Below, piece after piece: positions 39,081 through 50,700 of a stretch of DNA of 64,000 nt. The stretch lies in NCBI GenBank assembly GCA_002245135.1, contig NGBS01000021.1:1-64000 (forward strand), in the 5' to 3' direction. The notes beneath the pieces are model-generated. The model ran no database searches, was not told where the DNA came from, and saw only the letters and a list, made by a program, of their open reading frames with translations. The stretch comes from Proteromonas lacertae. Taxonomy: Eukaryota. Position 1 is the stretch's first letter. Each line of letters starts with the position of its first letter. A program made the position numbers and the translations under genes.

Positions 39081-40226
39081 TTAATCAGTAGTGAAGACAT
39101 TATAAGTCATTATCAATTGAATGAAAGTCTAATATTTACTGTTGATACTAACTATTTGAAAGATATTTTAATATTGAAGAAGAAGATTCAAAAAGCATAT
39201 TGTGAGTTTTTAACTAAGCCATCATCAGTATTTTATTTATTTGTTTATAATTAATAGATGTATTCTTCAGATAAAAAGAGTTTAATTAATTTAGTTTACA
39301 ACTTATTCTGTAACAATGTAATAAAGAAACAGTTGAAAGAGTATATATATATATATATATATAGTTTTTTATTGAATTATAGAAATGGAATAATAGATAA
39401 TAATTCCTCTGAAGAAGAAGAAGAAGAAGAAAATGAAGTAGTAGAAGAAGAAGGTATATCATTGCCTCAACAAGAATCAAACGATCCAGTTAATTCATTC
39501 ATTGCATTAAAACAATTAGAAAAATCTACACAAAATAATGTTGTCCAACCAATTAATATTCCACATGATATAAAGAATAATAATCAAAATAGAAGACCAA
39601 ATCAATATCATCAAAATAGATATGAAACACCTATTCTTTATGACGATTCTATTACTTATGCTGTAGCTTCAGATAAGAACAACAAAGCACATTTCAAAAT
39701 ATTGAAGAGAAATAATAAAACTCAACCAAGTGAGTATTATAAACAACCAGTTCAACCACCTAATATTAATCTACATTCTTCACCAATTAGAGCTTCTTCT
39801 AAACCTCCTAAAGATCTTAATCCTTCTCCTATTGATTTAGGTGAAAATGATGTTCAATTCCCACCAAATGCTAAAGTATTTTCTTTAGCTGAAATTGAAA
39901 AGAATTTACAAAACACTTCTTTTCAATCACCACCATCTGCCCCTCCTCCACCTCCACCTCCACCATCAACTACTACAACAACAAAAGATTCAAATTCTAT
40001 TCCTTTTACATCTCCTCAAGTTACTCCTCAAAAGATATCAACTGTTAATTCTGCATATGTTGCTGGAGGAAAAGCAACTAGTGTTGTTTTTGTTGATAAA
40101 AGTAGTGAAAAGAAAACTCCAAATGTGAAGAAGGGTGAAATTACAGTTCAAATAACAAACAAAAAGGAGAAAGTTGTTCCTAAAATGATGCCCATAAGTG
40201 CTATTAAGAAGAACTTAAAGAAATAG
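36111..40226 (+). CDS. DEAH-box RNA helicase, paralogue 4: intact R3H, Zn-finger-like insert, Pro-rich C-terminal tail
   Basis: ERKFIHNQCALLGLQSQSHG R3H; FTCSICHQ...HIVIC insert between RecA domains; QRQGRAGR. Confidence 0.85.
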
Positions 40227-40629
40227 ACAGATTATAACTATAAATTGGAATTACTGTTGTGTTGGTTTTAATTATAATAATCATAATTTACATTTTATTA
40301 TTTTAATGAAAACTACAAAATAAAAAAGAAATAATAATAATAATAATATATGATGCTGGGTTGAATAATAAAGGGACAGGGCAGTGGCGGGACAAGGGCA
40401 TGTCCCGGGCAAAAATTGAAAGGGGCGTCCTTTATACTATCTAAAAATAGAAAAGGGTACAATTTGCCCTTTTCAATTATTTTATTTGAATTTTTATATT
40501 TTGTGCGATTTTAGGGATATTAAAAGCTATAGAAATATTTATTCTTTTCATAATTATGTATTATTATCTTATAACAATAACAAACAATAATATTTCATTA
40601 TAATAATAGCCTTAAAAGTAAGGGCTTTG

Positions 40630-40762
40630 AGATCCTTCATCACTAAAACCTTCATCACTAGAACTTTCATTTTCATCACTAGAACTTTTATCTTCATCAC
40701 TAGAATTTTCATCACTTAAACCTTCATCGCTAGAACTACCAGAACTTTCATCTTCATCACCA
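40630..40762 (-). repeat. Degenerate 15-18 nt tandem repeats encoding an acidic SSDE tail of the transposase
   Basis: Repeated ttcatcactagaact/ttcatcact units. Confidence 0.7.
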
Positions 40763-42324
40763 GAACATTGATAATCTAAAGTGTCATATACTATATTGTT
40801 ATCAATTTCATTCAGCACATCTAAATTATATTCTTCTTCACTAATATCATTATCATCTTCATTTCTATCTTTTTCTTTGTTTTTTTCTTTTAATAAATCA
40901 TATTTTATTCTTAAAATATTATTTATAGTATTAAGCTGTAATTTATTTCTAATATGATTATGAACTATTCCCTCAATACTAAATGAACGTTCAATAAATG
41001 AGCTTGTGACAGGAATAGTTGAAAGAATATCATATAGCTTCTTAACATTTGGGTAAAATACTCCATACATATTGTACCATATATTAGTTGATATCTTTTT
41101 CGAAAATATATCTGAAGGGCACTTTTTGCAGTATGGTTTTCTTCTTTCAAAATGATATATCTCATTTAATGCTTTCTGATTTAAAATAGGGCTGAATTTA
41201 GATAATATATATCTTTTTATATTATCCTTCTCCATGTCTGAAAATTTATGTTTACTGTTTATGTCTAAAAATTCATATAGAGCTAAAATGCTGTAGTTTG
41301 CATGTCTAGTCTCTTTTTTTATAATGTCTTTAATAAGTTCTTTTTCACTTGATGACCTTTTCATTAACTTTCTTTTAATTTTGGTCAATATTCTGAAACC
41401 ATCATTTAATGTAGATGAATCTTTGCATAATAAGTGTATATTTGTGGAAATATATTTTGCAATCTTGTAGCATTCTTTAATTTCTGGTATATCTTCTTCC
41501 TTTAATAATTTTATCTGTAATAAAATTTCTTTATTGAGTAATATTTTTCTAAATACATCGCTATAGCTTGACCATCTCGTATCACATCCCTTGCGTATTT
41601 GGATATTTTTTTGTATAATTGAATATATAATTTCTCTAATCTTTTGATTATTATTTAACTTATGAATAATGTCATTACACATGACTATCACTTTTTTGTA
41701 TTTCTCTATTTCGAATACTTTTTTACTGATTAAGTTTAGGATGTGTGCTAAACATCCAAACTTTACTACAGGTCTATTTATTTTTTTCTCTAAAATACTA
41801 CTTATCTTTTTCATGGTGTAGTTGTTATCACTACTCACAGCAACAATGTTTTTAATATCTAGTTTATACTTCACTAATGTTTGAATTATTAATTCCACTA
41901 TATTTTCTGATGTTTCTCGTTTATGTAAATAAATGGATTCCAAAAACGAAATATCACTGCTTTTCTTTATTGCCAAATTAATAACGTTTTCATTGGTTAC
42001 TGATTTCCAAGCGTCCACAATTATACATATTTTACTGTTATCTACAATTTCCTTTACTATTCTTTCTGCTTCTTCGTTCATTGATGCTTTTATTTTGTTT
42101 ATTGTTATTGACTTTGTAGTTGGATTTAATGCATATATTAGATTTTTAAAGGATTTAGATTGTATGGTTCTGAAAGCTAAGTTATTTTCTATAAGATATT
42201 TGGTCACCATTAAGTTTATTGCACGTTCATCATATCTCAATTCTGTAAGTTTTGATTGGATTAGCTTTTCACTACATCTAATTTAATAAATATAATAAAT
42301 ATATTTATACTTTTTGTAATGACG

Positions 42325-45300
42325 TGTCGCGCGCGATAAAGAAATTTGCGCGATAAAGGATTTATAAACTTTCCTTTGAAACTAATACTATATTTACAAT
42401 ATATACTACTTATACTTTACATACCATATGTTATATATATGATTTATGTTAAATGAGGCGATATCAGACAATAGAGCAGCATATATCATATTATAACATA
42501 TATCAAAACTCCTTATATTAACTATGTATATTATGAAATATTATGATATAAATCAATTTTGATGTTGAGAAAATTTAAAAAATAAGATCAAATTCCTTTT
42601 ATTTTTTACCCCCATATTTTTGTTCAAAAATTAAAATTTCTTTTTATTAAGAAATATTTTAGTACTTCTAAATATATGTGTAGATTAATATTGCTGCAAC
42701 ATACTTATTAGGTAAATAAAAAAGATGAGTTATAAATAGTTGTAAGTATCATTTTTACAATTCTGTAATAATATCATTAGAATGGTTCATTTATGAATTT
42801 TCTATTGTAATAATATCTTGTTATTCTTATTTTCCTATTCAAATGTTTAATCAAATAATAGAGGAAGTAAAAAGAAAATTTCAAATTTGCTATTTTCTTA
42901 TATATTTATTATTTTCTCTATTATTTATATTACAAATAAACTTTTGTTTATGATTATGAATGTTTATAAAGTCGTTTTTTATTGTTAATTATTGTAATTT
43001 AATATATTAATTAGATATTATATGTTATTATTTTATTTTTAAACTGTAATAACAATATTGTAAAACAAAAGTGATTATGAATGAGGTAATTATTATATCG
43101 TTACTGAGATTTAAAAACGATGTAAGGTATTCTTTTGGTAATTCTTGTAAAACTTAGCTTTTTCTTCCACAGTCAATTTACTCATAGCAGAGAATAAATC
43201 TTCTATAAAATAATTAATATTAAAACTCTCTATATTCTGTATTTCATCTATCCTTAGGTTTTTCAGTCTACATCCCAAATAAAAGAGGGTGTAATACCCA
43301 CAATTTACTTTATCACGATTACTTTGTTTCACATTAGTTTCCATAATTTGGTAACTTAATTCCACGTTACTCTCAAAAAATCTGTATATTCTATAGATAA
43401 TATTATCTCTTGCATCATTATAATCCCCTCTATAAATGTTTAAGCTGTCATAGATATAATATTTAATATATTTATTGCTGTTATATTTCACTTCAAATAA
43501 CGACCAATGTTGATAATCTTTGTCGCATACTGGGAAAAAATATATACCATCGTTCTTTATTTTACTTAATAAACGTAATTGTTCATCACTTTTATATATA
43601 TTACCTGGATCTATTACATTATCATTACACTGATTAATGAAGTGTATATAAAACACTAGATCTTCGGATTTTAATCTCTCTTTTAATAATAGATGATTAA
43701 CTATAATATTAAATTGTCTTAAGAAACAGTTCTTTTGCTTACCTTTTAGTGATATTGTATTATAATTGTATGGATTTATAATTAATCTAACAAAATTTAA
43801 TGTATTTTCTTCATTGCGTGAATAGAATAGAGAATCACCATCATCATCATCATGTATATTGACGTAAAAACAGGACAACTTCAGTCTGTATGATTTATAT
43901 TCTAATAGTTTAGAGATATATTCTCTTAGCAAATCGCTCATTAGAATAACATCTAACTCCAATACTTCAATATTGTTGTAATCAGAATTCATAATCATAA
44001 ATGTCACAGTAGCAGCAATATCTGTGGCTTCTGGAAAATTGCTCCTAACATTTATTATATTTATTTCATATTTACTTAGATTTGATATATATGAGGATAT
44101 ATATTTAAGATCTGTATTATAGTCATATGTATTAATTGAATCATATATTTTAATCATCCCTTTATCCTTTTCTATCATAATTAAATAGCATCGATGTGAT
44201 TTAATTAATATGCTCATACTTTTATTATTATATAATAACATATTGTTACTTAATAGATTAATGTCATTAAAATCATATAATTGAAGTATATACCATATCT
44301 GATATATATTTAACTCCTTTTTTCCTATTTTATCTCTTACTTTTATCACATTTTCTAATTGTTCTTCAGTTAAAGTATCTTTACCATCATAGTCAGAAGT
44401 AATTTTTCCAAATATGCTATAAACTGCATTTTTAGAAGGATGTCTAATGATATCTGATAGAATTTTTTGGTATGTATCAGTTTTTCTTTTCTTTTTCTGA
44501 GGATTGACCTATTTAATAAAATAATAATAATACTAATTGCATATCCATTTTTCTTTTGAGTTTTTCTTGAAGATCAGTTGATATAGGAATGACTTCCACT
44601 GCCGATGAATTAGTCAATCTTATTTCGTTATCTTTGTTACTATGTTAATTATTAATATACATATCTATACACTGCATATAATGAATCATTATTTTTGTTC
44701 TTTTTGATTATTCTGAACTCATTTTTATCTTTTTGATTTTTTATTTTCTTAGTAAAAACAATTGCATTGCCATGCTGGGGGTTTGATACTTTTTCACTCA
44801 ACTTTTTAATCGAATTCATTACCATCTTACTATTTTTTTTCTCTATTCTAATATTAACAGATTGTTTGATATTATCTATTACTGACTTATTCCTATTAAT
44901 ATCTTTATTTATTTTTTCATCATTTATTTCTTCATTGTCAATGTTATAACCATAATCTACATTATTATTACTTATATTGTAAAATAATTTTGGGTTTTCT
45001 TTTTGTAGTTCTTCTACATCCATAAAAAAAAGACTTCTTGGCTTGCAATGTGTTGTTGAAGAAATCGAAGTATTCATATCTTCAATTATATTTTCTATAA
45101 ATTCTGTCCATTCATGACCCTCATTTTCAGATAAGTAACCATCTACTAAGCGTTCTATAACTTGATTATAACGTTCAACCTTACCATTCGTTTGAGGATG
45201 ATAAGGCGAGCTTGTTATCTTTTTGGTATGATAATCTGCCATTAATTCATTCAATATATTGTTGACAAACTCAGGTCCGTTATCAGATTGAATAATTGAT

Positions 45301-46931
45301 GGGGCGCCAAAAATTCGTATATAACTTTTAATATTTTCTGCTGTTTCTTTGGCACTTTTTGTCTTTTGACAATAAATCATAATAAAACTACTATAATGAT
45401 CAATAATAGATAAAAGAAATTTTTCATTTGAATGATATTTGCTCATATTTATTAAATCAATCAGTATCCTTTCTCTTGGTGCATGAGATATGATTGGTTG
45501 CATTGGATTACTACGACTAATCTTCTTAATTTTGTGACAAACAGCGCATGCATTTAAATAGATTCTAATCATGTCTCTTGTTATACCAAAATATTTTGCA
45601 TCACAATTAATATATTGCATCATGAAACGCTCTCTTCTATGCCCATGAGATCTATGAATATCATCCAATATATCAAAACTTTCTTCCAATTTCACTACCA
45701 ACTTATCTTCGAAGTAGAGTTTATTATTCTCGACTTTATACTTTTTAAGTTTGTAATAATTAATGTTATTCAAATATTTGTCATACTTTTTCTGATCAAA
45801 TGTCCATGAGTTTGTACCACTTAAGCATAATTTATCTATTTCTTCGTAATAGTGTTTGACATGATCAGCTCTAAGCAATGTATCAAGATCTTCATCAGAT
45901 GACCTAATTATAAATATAGAATAATAAGTAAATAAAAGATATATAGGCTAATAAAGATTAGAACAATTTTGTAGATTTCAATCACATTTTCTTGCATAAC
46001 CTAAATAATGAGTAAATTGTTATTTTACCAATAAAATTACTCAAATTGTCTGATAATATTCTATCTTCACATGGTTTTGTTTCTGAATCTCTCATGTTCA
46101 TATAATAACATAAATCTAGGAATGATAATTGCAACTATCAGTTTGATGGATTATATGGTGTAGTTTTCTTCATTTAACGTGAATAGACTAACGCCTTAAA
46201 CAGCATAACCCCACTAGAGTAATTACAGAATATATTGCCATATTTGATGTAAATTCCTTTCAGTTATACAAATATATCAAATAACAAATATATATATATA
46301 TATATATATAGACTTACATTTTAAAAGATATAAATTTGAAAAGTTTGATATATGCTTGACATCATATTTATATTTTTCTTTAATGCTTAATTACATAATA
46401 GACTAAAATATATTATATCTCTTTATTATAGTATATTCAATTTTTCTATATTTTTTCCCTGGTAATATACGCTCATTGCGCTTAGATTTCAAGATACTTG
46501 ATATTTACGCTTGATATAAGACCTAAACACAAAACAATCACATCTACATTTTAATAATATTCTTATATTACAATAATCTAAACATATACTTTTAAAATTA
46601 CAAAAAAAGAAAAGAGCTTGAGAAAAAATTTGAAAATTGAAAAAATAATTCAAAGAGTATAATTCTTAATTCCTGTATAACTGATACATTTTTTCTATGC
46701 ATCATCTAATGAAATTAATATTATATTTAATATATAAGTCAATTTTACTATTTAATAATAGTGTTTTCTTTTCATATTATGACAGTTTTTATATGTCATA
46801 AAAAGTAGTTTATATAGCAAACTAACAATATATAAACGTAAAACAAAGGACATATATTACGATTATAATGCAACTTTTTCATAAAAGTTTATAACTCCTT
46901 TATCGCGCAGATTTCTTTATCGCGCGCGACA
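42325..46931 (-). mobile_element. Ginger/TDD-like integrase DNA transposon nested in hAT; ~48-bp TIRs starting TGT, 5-bp TSD TGACG
   Basis: TGTCGCGCGCGATAAAGAAATTTGCGCGATAAAGGATTTATAAACTTT at 42325 and its near-perfect inverse ending at 46931. TGACG at 42320-42324 and 46932-46936. Confidence 0.93.
43111..45903 (-). CDS. Gypsy-like integrase/transposase fused via two introns to tandem Ulp1 (C48)-like protease domains; 5' exon unresolved
   Basis: HHCC (HRSHGH...CAVC) and DDE (ILIDL, IQSDNG, KVERYN). Introns 44640-44670 and 44509-44533 join ORFs 44652-45878 and 43111-44349 in frame. Protease motifs QHWSL, YDSL, KQ...NCG. Confidence 0.85.
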
Positions 46932-47742
46932 TGACGTTTCAAATTAGTGCAATGAGCAATAATCATTGCCTTGCACCTTCTGCATTGAATTCTGTTGTAT
47001 TTTTCAAGGGGTTTCTTTAACACCACATCTTCATTAAAGTATCTATACACAGCATCTCTCGTTTTACCCATATACAATTGAAATGCAAAATGATAGCTCG
47101 AAATTCTCAAACCATTTTCTAAATATTCAAATAATTGCTTGAAATACATTAAGTAGTATGCAAAATATACTAAATAGTAATTTTGAAATAGTTTTTCTAT
47201 TAGTTTATGAAATATATTATGTTATTATCATAACAAGTACTATTGATTATCAATTAACTGAAAATACCCATTCTATAGCTATACTTCTTAATTATCTATA
47301 TGATATATGTGTAATATACAAAATTATTTATTATATAAATTTCATTTATGTTCAGTGACGTCAATCACCTTGAAATGTACATAATGTATATATATGCATA
47401 TCAGAATATGATATACAGTATGTATATTCTATATAATTAGTATATATGCATAAACATATGATATTATATAATCATAAGAAAAGTAGATGACTATTATGCT
47501 ATAATACACAATAATATATCCTTTTTAACATATGTTAGTATATCTAGATGATAATATGGAAAAGTTATAACAAAAAATCAGAAAAAATATACTACAGCAT
47601 AACACATGGTAATATTACTATGCCCGAGCAGTAAGGGGCAGGCTTCTTTTCAGCTGAAAAAAAAGGGGCAAAAATAGGGCAAAATTCGAAAAGGACGCCC
47701 TTTATCGAACCCAGATATGATGATAATAATAGTAATAATAAA

Positions 47743-50700
47743 CTAATTACTAGTGGGTGGAGATATTGTTGGAGTTGCAGCTGATGTAGCAGTTAGCGTT
47801 GTTCCTCCTACTGTTGATATCACTTTATATGATTCATTAAATGATACTCTATTTGATTCTTTACGAGGAGTAACGGAATTGTTATATGCTGATCCTAACA
47901 CTCCAGAATCAACATTTATATTTCTCGTACTACCTATCCTCGTGCTTCCTGTTCTTAGAGACTCTCTTGAAGATTTTCTAGACTGTCTACCATGTGTTGA
48001 TGAATTAGCGTTAGCAAGATTATAAAACATATATGGAAATGAGATAGTACACATTGCTAGAGGTTCTTCTATCAATACATTTGGTTTTACACTGAATCTA
48101 CCTCTATTAGCTTGTTGTTTAGCTAAACTTCTTGTTTTCTTTGAATTAGAAGCACTTGCAGATGATGAACCAGCTGTTGTTGTCATGGCATATAAAAATA
48201 TTGATGAAATCTTTGAAGCAAACTGTAATAACAAAACAGCTATCACTCCCAACTCAACTCCCAATCCTCTCATCATCATTAAAGTATCTGGTTGTTTCGA
48301 CATCATAAGATTTAATGGAATTTCTAATATACCTAATACCAACATAACAGAAATCATTGATGCTAATGTCATTGATTCATTGAATTCTGAGGTGGCTTTT
48401 CTTGTTTTCCATGCTAATCTTGCACCATATAAAAACATCACTATTACTGCACCAATTTCTACAAATGTAAATATATCATTTTCTGTACATTCTCTTCTAT
48501 AAACATCCTCTAAATAACTAGAATATTCTACACTGAATTCTTCTGTATAAACAGAAGGATCTACTACCCACCATATAGTAAGATAGACAATTTGAACTAT
48601 TTCAATTAAAAGAATTATCTTTATCAACATCATATTAGAAATTTTAACTCTTTGCAAATCTTTGTTGTTGAATAATTTGTGAATTCTCCATGCTTTACAC
48701 AACAAAATACCAAATAACAAATCAATTGATAATGCTAATAACCATACTCGACAGAAACATACTCCCCAATTTGGAACTAATGTAAAAATAAATCCAGATA
48801 TACTTAACATGATTAATGAAAATAATGTATAATATAAAAATAAAGGTGAAGATGTTCTAATAAATTTCATATGTTTAAAATTAAACACTAATCCAGCAGA
48901 GGCAAGACAAGCAATAATAATAATCACCATCAACACTATTATAAGTATTTGTAATGGTTTACTATATTCAAACACAGATCTACTCTTACCCATCATACAA
49001 TCATCAGATGATAGATATGTTAAAGTTGGATCTATTGATAATTGTTGTTTATTCTTTGGATAAGCTTGAACTAATGAACCAGATGTATATCGGAATATAT
49101 AAATTGATTTTGTGGCATGGTTATTATAATTTACTGCTAATTTACCACTTGGACTATCAAAAGAAACATACTTCAAACTCAGTTTTATATAATCACCTGT
49201 TGGCCATTGACCTTCACCAGTTGTATGTTGTTCTTTTGAAGCATATTCTATTGCAGATTTCCATAAATACAATGAAGAATAACTTGTTTCTAATAATTCT
49301 GTTAATTGAAATGAATTCTGGAATTGAGCTGCTACTGAATATGAAAAAGATTTAGCTGAGGTTGTTGAAACTGAATCTGCATAATTTGAAATAATATAAG
49401 TTCCAGATAACATTCTTTTAGCTTTGGCACTATAATCAGCTGGATCATAATTAGTTTGAATTAAGGTTAGAGAACTTACATCAATATCTAAGTCAACACC
49501 AGTTTCTAAGAATTTGTTACTCTCTTTACCTGCATATAACACCACTGTAGCTCTTGTGCTTTCTGTTAATCTCAAACTATCAATATCAGATATTAATCTA
49601 CTATAACTATTTGTATTATAAGCAGAACTTAAGAAAGAACCAATGAATTTCATTCCTTGACTTGGTAAATATCTTGCTATTGCATCAACTATTATTTTTG
49701 TTGAATTTTCTTCATTTCCTACTACATATAGTTCAGATATTCCCATTTCTTTTACATAAGATACTAATGGAATTACATTCTGAGTTATTGTTGATCCTGT
49801 ACTTATTACTTTATTATTACAAATAGCACCATTATCTTTTCCTATATAATAGAATATCACATCAACACCAGAAGCAGCATCTAAATATCTTGCCACTTCA
49901 TCTCGACATTTTGAAGTCATACAACCAAATATTGCTTTAGCTTCTGTTTCTGTTGATATTGATCTGGTTGTGGTATAGATTTTGTTAAATGTTAAAAAGT
50001 AATGATCACCTACTATTTGTCTTCCATTTACACCATTTTGTTCATTTATTAGACCAATAGCCATATCTTCAATCAATAAATTATATTGCTCAGTTTTACC
50101 ACCTACATCTATTTCATGAATAAATGCAATATGAATTGGATCAATAAAATAATCATTTGAATTATAATTCTTCCAATCACAAATATGACCAATATATTCT
50201 GAATTCCATTGATCATATATACTTGCATCAAAATAATCAGAAGGTTTCCAATCTATAAAGATTTTATTCTCTTTGGTAATATAACCACTATAAATATTTC
50301 GTTTGAATATATGACTTGGTGATAATTCGATTGTTCCTGATGGAACATCTACATAGTATTCATACAGTATCTTTATCTCATTTACATCAATACTATTTGA
50401 TGAAGCAATCATATTCTTCCAATATAATAATAAAGCAAATGCACTTTCATATTGTGTTCTTCCTTTCATCTGTTCACCAATATTGATATGCAATTCTTGC
50501 AAAAATGTTCCTGCTAATGTTGGAATATCTACACTTGTTAATAATGGATCACTTAATGATTCAAAATAACTTCCTATTACTCTATGACCTGATAAATATT
50601 CTGAACTCAATTCATTGAAAATGTTTTCATCAAATAATGTACTAATTATTGTATATTTCGGATATTTTATTCCTAAATTATAACAATCTTTAAAGAATTG

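Larger units (their letters stand above)
40612..47071 (-). pseudogene. hAT transposase with BED finger, disrupted by nested insertion (exons 47071-46932, 42319-42311, 42277-40612)
   Basis: Rejoined: CRRCKAMIIAHCTNLKRHYKKC BED finger, 33-nt intron 42278-42310, then IVDAW (D), SSDNN (D), CLAH, TRWSS and IERSFS (E). Confidence 0.9.
40356..47714 (-). mobile_element. hAT DNA transposon, full length, with 8-bp TSD ATATGATG
   Basis: TIRs CTGGGTTGAATAA (40356) and TTATCGAACCCAG (47714). TSD at 40348-40355 and 47715-47722. GGGC-rich subterminal repeats at both ends. Confidence 0.95.

Noticed and set aside
42325..46931. LTR retrotransposon or Polinton remnant supplying integrase/protease to the virus
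   Set aside because: Bounded by its own short TGT-TIRs and TSD, with no LTRs, RT, gag or capsid genes; nothing in the sequence links it to the provirus.
46889..47149. Stand-alone 86-aa zinc-finger ORF
   Set aside because: It is the first hAT transposase exon reading into the nested element's TIR.
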